Origin: an uncultured delta proteobacterium
Lineage (GTDB): Bacteria; Myxococcota_A; Polyangia; Fen-1088
Assembly (NCBI GenBank): GCA_963737265.1
Contig: CAVTRY010000014.1
Coordinates: forward strand, 288,001 to 352,000
Direction of reading: 5' to 3'
Length of the DNA: 64,000 nt
The notes below the pieces were generated by a model. It ran no database searches, had not been told where the DNA came from, and saw only the letters and a list, made by a program, of their open reading frames with translations. The translations under genes and the position numbers were made by a program. Of the stretch, positions 55,509 to 64,000 are shown piece by piece (position 1 is the stretch's first letter; each line of letters opens with the position of its first letter).

Positions 55509-56664
55509 GGCGTCGCCTTGGCCGCTTCGGCGGTCGGAGCGTGGACGATTCGCCCGTTGTGCGTGAGCAAGGCGCCCTTGATGATCTCGTCGTCGGGATC
55601 GAGATTGAGATGGCCGCCCTTGAGCACGAGCAATGCCAGTTCCAGCGACGTTGCGCGCGTAAAGCGTGCTGGCATCGAGCGGACAAGGTGGACGGCAGAT
55701 TGGTGTGACCGAGGATGGTCACGCGATGTTTGACGATTTCGTGGTTCGCTTGGGTCAGCTCGCAGTTGCCACCTTGCTCGGCGGCCAGATCGACGATGAC
55801 CGAGCCGGGCCGCATGCCCCGCACCATGTCGGCGGTTACTAGGCGCGGAGCCGGTTTGCCGGGAACGAGCGCGGTCGTAATGACGACGTCGGCGGTGGCG
55901 ATGTGTTCCTTGATGACGGCCTGCTGGCGCGCCAGGAAGTCCTTGCTCATCTCCTTGGCGTAGCCGCCCTGGCCTTCGCCGGATTCCTGCGTCGGCAGGT
56001 CGATGAACTTACCGCCCAGCGATTCCACTTGCTCCTTCACCGCCGGTCGCACATCGGAAACCCACGCCACGGCGCCCAGGCGCTTGGCCGTCGCAACCGC
56101 TTGCAGACCCGCGACACCCGCGCCCATGATGACCACCTTGGCGGACGGAATGGTGCCGGCCGCGGTCATCAGCATGGGAAAATACTTGCCCAAGCGACTC
56201 GCCGCCATCAGCACCGCCTTGTAGCCTGCAATGCTCGCCTGCGACGACAGCGCGTCCATCGCCTGCGCGCGCGTGATGCGGGGAACCAGCTCCATCGCCA
56301 AGGCCGTGACCTTTCCCGCCGCCAGCTTCTTCACCATGGGCAGGTTGCGATAGGGCTGCAGGAACGAAATGACCAGGGCACCGGGTTTCAGCACCGCGGC
56401 CTCGTCCTGGCCGAGCTTCTCGTTCGCTCCAAAGGGAGCCACTTTGAATACGGCATCCGCGTTCGCCCATTCAGCCGCCAAGTCCGTGATTATGCGACCG
56501 CCGGCTCCCTCGTAGCGATCGTCGAGCAGATAGGACGCTTCGCCGGCGCCGGCTTCGACCGCAACCTCCAGCCCTTCCTTGACGAAGCGCTTGACGGTTT
56601 CCGGGGTCGCGGCCACACGCGATTCACCCGTGGCCCGTTCCTTCGCAATCAGCACCTTGAACAT
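55505..56664 (-). CDS. pntA: NAD(P) transhydrogenase alpha subunit, part 1 (dI), frameshifts near 55650-55680
   Basis: ESRVAATP, PRITRAQAMDALSSQ, GAGVAGLQA, GEGQGGYA, VDLAAEQGGNCE. Confidence 0.95.
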
Positions 56665-56816
56665 AGTTGACCTATTCCCGTTCGCCTGCCGCGCGGCCGG
56701 GCGGCACACGGCGACTGCTGTTCTTTGATGCAGACGAAGGGCGAACGGTTACCGAGGCGCGGCGGAGCGCAGCCGCGCGGCTTCGCGGGTCGCCTAAACA
56801 GCGCTATGCTGCATCG

Positions 56817-58187
56817 GTGAGCAACACAGAAGAAGCCGGCAAGCACGAGGATGTGCATTCCTCGCGCATGGGGAAGTTCATCCAAACCTATTCGGGTTTT
56901 CTTTCGAGCTTCGTCATCGGCATGGCGGGACTGGTGGCCACGTCGATCTGGCAGTACCGGCAATCGCAGACCGCGGTCAAACAAGCCGAGTCCGAACAAA
57001 AGATCGCCGCCACCAAGGCCGACAACGAGTGGCGGATCGCGCGCGCGGAAATCTTGGCTAAGAACCTCAGCGTGCTGTCCACGCAGGGGCCGAGCTCGGC
57101 CGATCAGCGCTTCGGCGTGCTGCTCTCGCTCACGCGTGGGGCGATTCTCGATCCCGAGCTGGCGGTTTCCTACGCCCTCGAGCTCGGCAAGGACAACGCC
57201 AGCTACATGCACGACGTGCTGGCCGCGACCGAGCGCAAGAACTACCAGCAACTGTCGCAGGCGTTCGCCCTGACCTGCTTGCAACGCTACGGCGTCAAAC
57301 GCGAGGCCGAGATCTGCAAGGACGACAAGCTGTCCGAACGATCGCAGGCCATCGCCGACCTCATTCACGACGAACTGGACGCGCTCGATGCTCTCGGCGA
57401 CGGCAAACCGGCTACGCTCGGGCCCTTGGCGCTGCTGCGCAACGACCGCGAGGTGCAGGCCTCGGTGGCCAAGATGGCATGGCTGTTCGAACCGTATTTG
57501 CAAGATCTCTACGAAAAGCATCAGTGGAAAGAGATCGCGCATTTTGAGTCGGTGTCGCCGGGTGCCCGATTGGTGGCGGCCATCGTGCTTGCGACCGCGC
57601 GCACGGGAGAGCTCGTGGGCAACGGCGAATCGGCGGATCTCGAAAAGTTTCATGCCGAGCGCCGCAAATGGCTGGGCGATTTCCTGCTTGGCCGAAGCTG
57701 CGATCCGGAATGCCGGGGCAAGCTGATCGACGTCATGGTGAGTGTGTACGGCGAGTCGGACGGCGACTACGACGAGACCATGCGCCGCCTGCTGCTCCTG
57801 CCGCGAGCGGAGTCCGGACCGGCGCTGGCCAAGCTTCACGGCCGACTGCTGTGGTGCCAGGTCGACAAGGAAGACCTCGATCTGTTTCGCGACCACGTGC
57901 TCGTGCCGAGCCTCGCCGAGGCCCTGGCGGGTCCCAAGCCCGATGCGGTGCTGGTCGAGGAATTGGTAGGATTGCTCGCCATGGTGCCCGATCCGACGGA
58001 CGATACTTCGCTGGTAGCTTGGAAGGCTGTGTTGGCCACCATGCAGAAGGCGGGCGAGCACTACGACCACGCCCTCGCCAAACGGCGTGCCACGGTCAAG
58101 CGCGAGCGCGCCAACCCGCCGCCGATGGTGAAGAAGGTCAGCTTCTGTGGCGCCGCCGAGGCCGCCGGCAAGGTCGAAAACCAGTAG
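56817..58187 (+). CDS. Hypothetical single-TM helical protein
   Basis: Long ORF with normal GC3 bias, N-terminal TM and a coiled segment. Confidence 0.7.
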   Translation: MSNTEEAGKHEDVHSSRMGKFIQTYSGFLSSFVIGMAGLVATSIWQYRQSQTAVKQAESEQKIAATKADNEWRIARAEILAKNLSVLSTQGPSSADQRFGVLLSLTRGAILDPELAVSYALELGKDNASYMHDVLAATERKNYQQLSQAFALTCLQRYGVKREAEICKDDKLSERSQAIADLIHDELDALDALGDGKPATLGPLALLRNDREVQASVAKMAWLFEPYLQDLYEKHQWKEIAHFESVSPGARLVAAIVLATARTGELVGNGESADLEKFHAERRKWLGDFLLGRSCDPECRGKLIDVMVSVYGESDGDYDETMRRLLLLPRAESGPALAKLHGRLLWCQVDKEDLDLFRDHVLVPSLAEALAGPKPDAVLVEELVGLLAMVPDPTDDTSLVAWKAVLATMQKAGEHYDHALAKRRATVKRERANPPPMVKKVSFCGAAEAAGKVENQ

Positions 58188-58204
58188 CGTGCTAGGTTTT
58201 GCGC

Positions 58205-59611
58205 ATGCCTAGGCCCGCACAGCCTGCCACCCTCGAACGCCTGAAGGAAATCGTCGGTCCGGCGGGGTTTTCCGTCGACCCCGACGAGCTTCAGCCTCAT
58301 CTCACCGAGTGGCGCAATCGTTTCGTGGGCAAGACGCCGCTTTTGCTAAAGCCGGCGAATACCGCGGAAGTCGCCGCCATCGTGCGCGTTTGCGCCGATG
58401 CCGAGGTGGGCCTCGTTCCCCAGGGCGGCAACACCGGCCTCGTGGGCGGGCAAATTCCGCGCCCCGAAGGCTGCGACCTGCTCTTGAGCCTGAGTCGCAT
58501 GAGCAAGATTCGCGACGTCGATGCCGTCAACGACACCATGGTCGTCGAGGCTGGCTGCACGCTCGCCGTCGCTCAAGCCGCGGCGGTCGACGTGGATCGC
58601 CTGCTGCCGCTCAGCCTGGCCGCGGAAGGAACCAGCCAGGTGGGCGGCAACCTGTCGACCAACGCGGGCGGCATCCACGTCCTTCGCTACGGTAACGCTC
58701 GCGACGCCGTCCTCGGCCTGGAAGTCGTCACGCCCGACGGTGCGATCTGGGACGGCCTGCGCGCCTTGCGCAAGGACAACACCGGCTACGACTTGAAACA
58801 TCTTTTCATCGGCGCCGAGGGCACGCTGGGAATCATCACCGCCGCGGTCCTCAAGCTCTTTCCGCGCCCGCGCCAGGTCGAAACGATTCTGGCCAGCAGC
58901 GCTGATCCCGAAGCGGTCCTCGCGTTGCTGGCGCTAGCGCGCGATCTCACCGGCGACGCGGTCTTGGCGTTCGAGATGTTCTCGCGCTTTGCCCTGGAAT
59001 TGGTCACGCGCTACGTTCCTGGAACCTCGGATCCTCTGGCGGCTCCTTCACCCTGGTATGTGCTGACCGACTTGACGGTTGCGCGCGCCACGGCTGAATC
59101 CTTCCTGGCGGAAGCGTTTGCCCAGGGTTTGGTCAGCGATGCGGTGCTGGCGGGAAGCGCGGCGCAAGCCAAGGCTCTGTGGAAGCTGCGCGAATCAATC
59201 TCGGAGTCGCAGAAACACGAAGGCGGCAGCATCAAGCACGACATTTCCGTGCCGGTGTCGCGCATCCCGGCCTTCATGCACCAAGCGCTGGCTGCTGCGA
59301 AAAAACTGATACCTGGCATCCGCCCCGTGCCCTTCGGTCACGTGGGCGACGGCAACCTGCACCTCAACTTCACCCAGCCCGCCGGCATGGACGAGCAGGC
59401 CTTTTTGGGAAGATGGGAAGAGCTGAACCGCGTGGTGCATGACATCGTCATGGCCCACGGCGGCTCGATCAGCGCCGAGCACGGCATCGGCGTGCTCAAG
59501 CGCGAGGAAGCACGCCACTACAAGAGCGCTGTCGAGCTGGATCTGCTGACCCGGGTAAAGCAGGCCTTCGATCCCAAAGGCATCATGAATCCCGGCAAGG
59601 GAACGGTCTAG
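58205..59611 (+). CDS. FAD-linked D-2-hydroxyacid dehydrogenase-like oxidoreductase
   Basis: PQGGNTGLVGG, GGNLSTNAGG, LRKDNTGYDLK, GHVGDGNLH, SAEHGIG. Confidence 0.92.
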   Translation: MPRPAQPATLERLKEIVGPAGFSVDPDELQPHLTEWRNRFVGKTPLLLKPANTAEVAAIVRVCADAEVGLVPQGGNTGLVGGQIPRPEGCDLLLSLSRMSKIRDVDAVNDTMVVEAGCTLAVAQAAAVDVDRLLPLSLAAEGTSQVGGNLSTNAGGIHVLRYGNARDAVLGLEVVTPDGAIWDGLRALRKDNTGYDLKHLFIGAEGTLGIITAAVLKLFPRPRQVETILASSADPEAVLALLALARDLTGDAVLAFEMFSRFALELVTRYVPGTSDPLAAPSPWYVLTDLTVARATAESFLAEAFAQGLVSDAVLAGSAAQAKALWKLRESISESQKHEGGSIKHDISVPVSRIPAFMHQALAAAKKLIPGIRPVPFGHVGDGNLHLNFTQPAGMDEQAFLGRWEELNRVVHDIVMAHGGSISAEHGIGVLKREEARHYKSAVELDLLTRVKQAFDPKGIMNPGKGTV

Positions 59612-59617
59612 CGTCGC

Positions 59618-60634
59618 ATGCGAGGCTCCCGTCTATCGCAGGTTCCCGAGAGTCTGCTGGCCGCGGCCTTGGCTGAAGAAACCGACAGCGGCACGTCGCT
59701 CTTGCGTCAGCTTCCCAAGGCGGACGTCCACTGCCACGCCCTCCTCAATGGCCCGCTCACCGCCTTCGAAGAGGTTCTGGGCTACAAGTTGCCGCTCCCG
59801 CCACCACGCTTTCACAACTTCGGCGAATTCGCGGGCTATCTCGGCGGCAATCTCTTTCCCGCGCTTACCAGCCTGGATGGCGTTCGCACCCTGTTGCGCG
59901 CCGGTCTCGACCGCATGGCTAACGAAGGCGTGGTCTATGCCGAGGCCAGTCTCGACTTGCTCCTGTCGTCGCACATCGACACAACACCGCAAGCCGTCAT
60001 TCAAATCGTCGCGGAAGAGCGCGACCGGATCGCTGGGCGTTTGACCTTCGCGCCGGAAATAGGCATCAACCGGCGCATTCCGCCCGAGCGTCTGTGGCCG
60101 CTGTTTCTGGTCCATGTCGAATCCGGCGTCTTTCGCGCCATCGATCTTTACGACGACGAGCGCTCGGGAGATCTGCGCCAGTTTCAGCGCTTCTTCCGCT
60201 TTGCGCGCGAGCACGGACTTGTGCTCAAGGCGCACGCCGGGGAAACCTGCGGGCCGGAACGCGTGCGCGAGACCTTGGACCTGCTAGACGTCGATGCCCT
60301 TCAACACGGCATATCCGCGGTCGCGGATCCTCGCCTAATGGAAGAGCTGGCCCGGCGAGAAACCCAGCTAAACATCGGACTCGCCAGCAACATCGCGCTC
60401 GGCATTGCCGGATCCTACGAAAACCATCCCATCCATGCCCTGCTCGCTGCGGGCGTCGAGGTTGCGCTCGGCACCGACGATTTCGCCATCTTCGGCGCCA
60501 GCCTGTGCGACGAAATCCGCCGCCTGCGCCGCTCGGGCATGCGCGTGCGCGATCTCGCGAAACTGCGCCTCGGCCCACCCGCGCAAGCTAAACCGTGTAG
60601 TCCACCAGGCGCCGATCCTCGCGAGCGGCCATGA
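59618..60634 (+). CDS. Adenosine deaminase family protein
   Basis: LPKADVHCH, KAHAGE, HG, SN, GTDD. Confidence 0.85.
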   Translation: MRGSRLSQVPESLLAAALAEETDSGTSLLRQLPKADVHCHALLNGPLTAFEEVLGYKLPLPPPRFHNFGEFAGYLGGNLFPALTSLDGVRTLLRAGLDRMANEGVVYAEASLDLLLSSHIDTTPQAVIQIVAEERDRIAGRLTFAPEIGINRRIPPERLWPLFLVHVESGVFRAIDLYDDERSGDLRQFQRFFRFAREHGLVLKAHAGETCGPERVRETLDLLDVDALQHGISAVADPRLMEELARRETQLNIGLASNIALGIAGSYENHPIHALLAAGVEVALGTDDFAIFGASLCDEIRRLRRSGMRVRDLAKLRLGPPAQAKPCSPPGADPRERP

Positions 60635-60890
60635 CGATGGGCTTGACCGCCTCGTGTAGGGGATGCACCTGGTAGGCGTCGAGTGCGGCGCGGTTTTCGA
60701 ATTCGGAGTAGAGCACGATGTCGGACGACTCGGGGGTGCGACTGAAATCGAAGCCGACCTCCAATTTGAGCAAGCCCGGAATCTTGCCATTCAAATCTTC
60801 CAGGCGGCGTTTGATTTCCGCCGCGTTCTCGGCCTTGCCACGTCCGTTCGCGGATTCCTTCAGACGCCAGAGCACGATGTGACGAACCAT
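60588..60890 (-). CDS. Dabb (stress-responsive A/B barrel) protein
   Basis: MVRHIVLW, IPGL, YQVHPLH, VDY. Confidence 0.9.
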   Translation of the reverse strand: MVRHIVLWRLKESANGRGKAENAAEIKRRLEDLNGKIPGLLKLEVGFDFSRTPESSDIVLYSEFENRAALDAYQVHPLHEAVKPIVMAAREDRRLVDYTV

Positions 60891-60892
60891 GG

Positions 60893-61561
60893 CTAGTTGG
60901 CCTCTCCGCCGGCGCGCAGCCGGCGCACCGCTTCGGCGACTCCTTCGGCGGCGCCGAACACCGACGCACCGGCGACGAGCACGCGCGCGCCGGCCTTGAC
61001 CACCTTGAAAGCGTTCGCCGGCCCGACCCCACCGTCGACTTCGATGGCACACGCGAGCCCGCGCTCGTCGATCATCTGGCGCAGACGTGCAATCTTGGTC
61101 AGCACGTTCTCGATGAATTTCTGGCCGCCAAATCCTGGGTTCACTGTCATGATCAGAATCTGATCCACATCGGCCAGGATGTCCTCGAGGGTTGCCACCG
61201 GCGTGGCTGGATTGAGAACCACGGTCGCCTTCTTGCCGAGCTGGTGGATTTGCTGAACCGTGCGGTGCAGGTGCGGGCAGGTTTCCTGGTGGACCTGTAT
61301 GTTGTCCGCGCCAGCTTTGGCGAACTCGGGAATGTAGCGCTCGGGCTCGACGATCATGAGATGCGCCTCGATGGTTGTCTTGGTGGCTCTGCGAACGGCG
61401 TCGACCATGAGCGGACCAAAGGTGATGTTGGGTACGAAGCGGCCGTCCATGACGTCCACGTGAATTCTGTCCACGCCGGCGGCCTCGGCCTCCTTCACGT
61501 GCGCGCCGAGGCGGGTGAAGTCGGCCGCCAGGATGGAAGCGGAAATCTCGAGGTTCGCCAT
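60893..61561 (-). CDS. rpe: Ribulose-phosphate 3-epimerase
   Basis: [26 protein letters not shown]. Confidence 0.97.
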   Translation of the reverse strand: MANLEISASILAADFTRLGAHVKEAEAAGVDRIHVDVMDGRFVPNITFGPLMVDAVRRATKTTIEAHLMIVEPERYIPEFAKAGADNIQVHQETCPHLHRTVQQIHQLGKKATVVLNPATPVATLEDILADVDQILIMTVNPGFGGQKFIENVLTKIARLRQMIDERGLACAIEVDGGVGPANAFKVVKAGARVLVAGASVFGAAEGVAEAVRRLRAGGEAN

Positions 61562-61684
61562 GGTTGAACTCCGGGGGAATCATGCAACCTGCGACGCTGG
61601 CCTTCAACTGCGTTCGACCACGAAGTGGCAATAGCGACGCGCCCGTCTCGTGCCCGAAATCCCGTGCTGTGCCATAGTGCTCGC

Positions 61685-62200
61685 ATGGTGCTTAAGATCG
61701 TTCAAACCGGCGCTCCCGTGCTTCGCAACGGCACGCGCCCCCTCAGCCGCGACGAAGTGAGAAGCGCGGAAATCCAACAGCTCATCGAGCTGATGCGCGA
61801 AACGATGCGCGAAGCGCCCGGCGTCGGTCTGGCGGCGCCGCAGGTCGGGGTGCCGCTGCGCCTCGCGGTGATTGAAGACGTCGCGGATGTGCCGGAGAAA
61901 GAGCGCACGCCGGTCCCGTTTCACGTGCTCATCAACCCGCAGCTGACGTTGGGATCGGGCGTGCTCGAGCACTACGAAGGGTGTCTCAGCGTCGAGGGTT
62001 TCCAGGCCGTGGTACCGCGCGCGCAGGCGGTAAACGTCGACGCCCTCGATCATCGAGGTGAGCCCGTGAGGATCGAAGCCCGTGGCTGGTACGCGCGCAT
62101 CCTGCAACACGAGATCGATCATTTGGATGGGATGCTCTACATCGATCGCATGCAGTCCCGGACCTTCACCACGACCCGCAATCTTCCCGCGTCTTCATAG
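61685..62200 (+). CDS. def: Peptide deformylase
   Basis: GVGLAAPQ, EGCLS, QHEIDHL. Confidence 0.96.
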   Translation: MVLKIVQTGAPVLRNGTRPLSRDEVRSAEIQQLIELMRETMREAPGVGLAAPQVGVPLRLAVIEDVADVPEKERTPVPFHVLINPQLTLGSGVLEHYEGCLSVEGFQAVVPRAQAVNVDALDHRGEPVRIEARGWYARILQHEIDHLDGMLYIDRMQSRTFTTTRNLPASS

Positions 62201-62980
62201 GGCGTAGCGCAGAAACAAGTGGGACTCGTGGCGCCGCACGCTGAGCAAGTTCAGCGTGTGGCCACCGAGATCGATTCCTTCAACCAGCGACTTGCGACCC
62301 TCCGTTGACGGCCTGCCGAAAAGTCGCGGCGACGCGGTCAAGAACAGCTCATCGAGCAGACCTGCTTCTAGCAATTGTCCGACCAGCGATGGACCGCCCT
62401 CGCTGAGAATGGCCTGCAATCCTTGGGCGCGCAGAAGGTCGAGCCATGAGCACCATTCAAACTGCTCGACGTCGAGCGCGACCATGCGGGCGCCGCTCGG
62501 CAGCGTGCCGCGCAGGCGCGATTCACCCGCCGCCGTGGTCAGGATAAGGCAATCGCGCAAAGCCGGTTGCGCTGCATCGATGTGTCCCGAGGCGCTGACG
62601 ACAACCAAGAGCGGCTGGGGCTTGAGGCCAAGCTGCCTTCGCAGGTGGGCGAAATCGTCCCGCGCCGCGGGGAAGGCGGTCTCGGGGTGCCACACATCGC
62701 CCGGTGCCGCGCGAAAGGTGCCGGCGCCGATCAGCACGGCGTCGGCGGTCGCGCGCAAAAGCCCCATCACGAAGCGGTCGGGTTCGTTGTTCCCGCTCAC
62801 CACGCCGCCCGACTCGCCGACGCCGGGAAGGGCCACGATGCCGTCCACCGACGAGACGAAGTTCGCGTACAGCGCCGGCCGAGCCAGGCCGAAGTCGCTG
62901 CCGTAGCTCGTTGCCAAGGCCGTGGGCAAGCCAAAGCGCGGCAGGTCGTCGCGCTCGAACAGCAGCTCGATCGCCTTCAT
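62195..62980 (-). CDS. RibD C-terminal/DHFR-like reductase
   Basis: NFVSSVDG, DAVLIGAGT, SEGGP, LDELFLT. Confidence 0.88.
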   Translation of the reverse strand: MKAIELLFERDDLPRFGLPTALATSYGSDFGLARPALYANFVSSVDGIVALPGVGESGGVVSGNNEPDRFVMGLLRATADAVLIGAGTFRAAPGDVWHPETAFPAARDDFAHLRRQLGLKPQPLLVVVSASGHIDAAQPALRDCLILTTAAGESRLRGTLPSGARMVALDVEQFEWCSWLDLLRAQGLQAILSEGGPSLVGQLLEAGLLDELFLTASPRLFGRPSTEGRKSLVEGIDLGGHTLNLLSVRRHESHLFLRYAL

Positions 62981-63282
62981 TTCCCGAGCTGTCTGCTCGC
63001 CAACTCTTCCATCGCATGGGCCAGCTTCACGTCGAGGGCGGTAATGCCGCCGGCGTCGTGGGTCGCAAGGTCGATGCGCACGGTATTCCAGACATTGAAC
63101 CATTCGGGATGATGGTCCATCGCCTGGGCGACCAGTGCCGCGCCCGACATGAAAGTAAAGGCAGCGACGAAGTCGGCAAACTTGTACTCACGATGAAGCT
63201 TGCCACTCTCGACCTTCCACGTCGGCAGCTCCGCCAACGCGACAGCAAGATCGGACTCGCTCAGTTTAACAGGCCTGGACAT
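62977..63282 (-). CDS. phhB: Pterin-4-alpha-carbinolamine dehydratase
   Basis: DHHPEW, THDAGGITALD. Confidence 0.93.
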   Translation of the reverse strand: MSRPVKLSESDLAVALAELPTWKVESGKLHREYKFADFVAAFTFMSGAALVAQAMDHHPEWFNVWNTVRIDLATHDAGGITALDVKLAHAMEELASRQLGK

Positions 63283-63317
63283 GTCGACTCCTTCCGCGCC
63301 AATTGGTTGGCGATTTT

Positions 63318-63752
63318 CTACGCTGCCGGTCGTCCTTCGAGCAATTGCTTGAGGGCTTCAAGCACGGAGCGCCAATTGTTGGCCGAGTGGTCGGCACGTT
63401 CTTGGGTGTCGACGTTGGCCTGGTGGACCGTGATTCGTGTTCCGTCGTGGGTGGTTTCTAGGTCGTAGCGAATGATCTGGCGCAACTCCGGCTTGTCTTC
63501 GAGACCACTGAAACTGCTCCAGTAGTTGAAGGAAAAACCTTTCGTCGGCGCGAAGGAAAGTACGGTGCCGCGATCTTCGTAGGACTTTCCCTCCCATTCG
63601 CCGCGGAAGAAGATGGGCGAGCCTACCTTCCAATCGGTCACGAGGTTCGTGCCGAAGAAGTATTGCTTCACGATCTCGGGTTTCGTGATGGCATCCCAGA
63701 CGCTCGAAAGCGGCGCCCGGATGTCCAGCGAGGCTGTCGATGAGAATGGCAT
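63318..63752 (-). CDS. SRPBCC (AHSA1-like) domain protein
   Basis: VWDAITKPE..QYFFG..DWKVGS, W..VL..LK. Confidence 0.88.
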   Translation of the reverse strand: MPFSSTASLDIRAPLSSVWDAITKPEIVKQYFFGTNLVTDWKVGSPIFFRGEWEGKSYEDRGTVLSFAPTKGFSFNYWSSFSGLEDKPELRQIIRYDLETTHDGTRITVHQANVDTQERADHSANNWRSVLEALKQLLEGRPAA

Positions 63753-63952
63753 ACGCGCAAGCCTGACAGAGCAACGGCAGGGTGTCGAAGCCGCGCTGCA
63801 TGGCCTGGGCGGGGACCGCGCCGGTCTCGTCGCTGATTTGTCACCGAATTGAAACATTCGCGCCAAAACCGCGGAACAGACTGCCCAGGCGGACGAGAAG
63901 AGCTCCGTAAGCTCGCACATCGCGACACAACGCCGTAACAAAGGGTAGCCAC

Positions 63953-64000
63953 ATGATCGAATCGACCTTCAAAGGACTGCGCATCGCCGCTGTCGCAACA
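63953..64000 (+). CDS. Start of a gene running off the window
   Basis: MIESTFKGLRIAAVAT; too short to assign a product. Confidence 0.35.
   Translation, partial: MIESTFKGLRIAAVAT

Overview
GC-rich bacterial chromosomal window, probably Myxococcota or a related deltaproteobacterium (MYXO-CTERM-like tail, Cys-rich lipoproteins, OmpA proteins with TSP3-like repeats). Many isolated frameshifts suggest an unpolished long-read assembly. Housekeeping genes include a POT transporter, GH94 phosphorylase, zwf, fbaB, hslO, rnhB, tadA, an amidase, prkA-yeaH-spoVR, rpe and def. Five things stand out. (1) A 5.1-kb integrase-less island (18708-23861), bounded by a 60-bp duplication of a gene 3' end. It carries a Y1-HUH (RAYT-like) transposase preceded by an irregular array of ~15 same-orientation GTCCGAGGGTAC motifs, two complementary group II intron halves and toxin-antitoxin cargo. 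A second 1.26-kb islet with a 73-bp gene-end duplication lies at 2621-3954. (2) A five-gene transhydrogenase operon encoding a second alpha2/beta pair that has lost the proton-channel residues but keeps the NADP(H)-binding domain. (3) A PimA/PgsA/GT87/MmpL-like glycolipid cluster resembling actinobacterial phosphatidylinositol-mannoside synthesis. (4) An 1840-aa Cys-repeat lipoprotein with a polyproline tail. (5) A dispersed five-hairpin ~165-bp element present in two copies. All calls come from reading motifs by eye; no database search was run.
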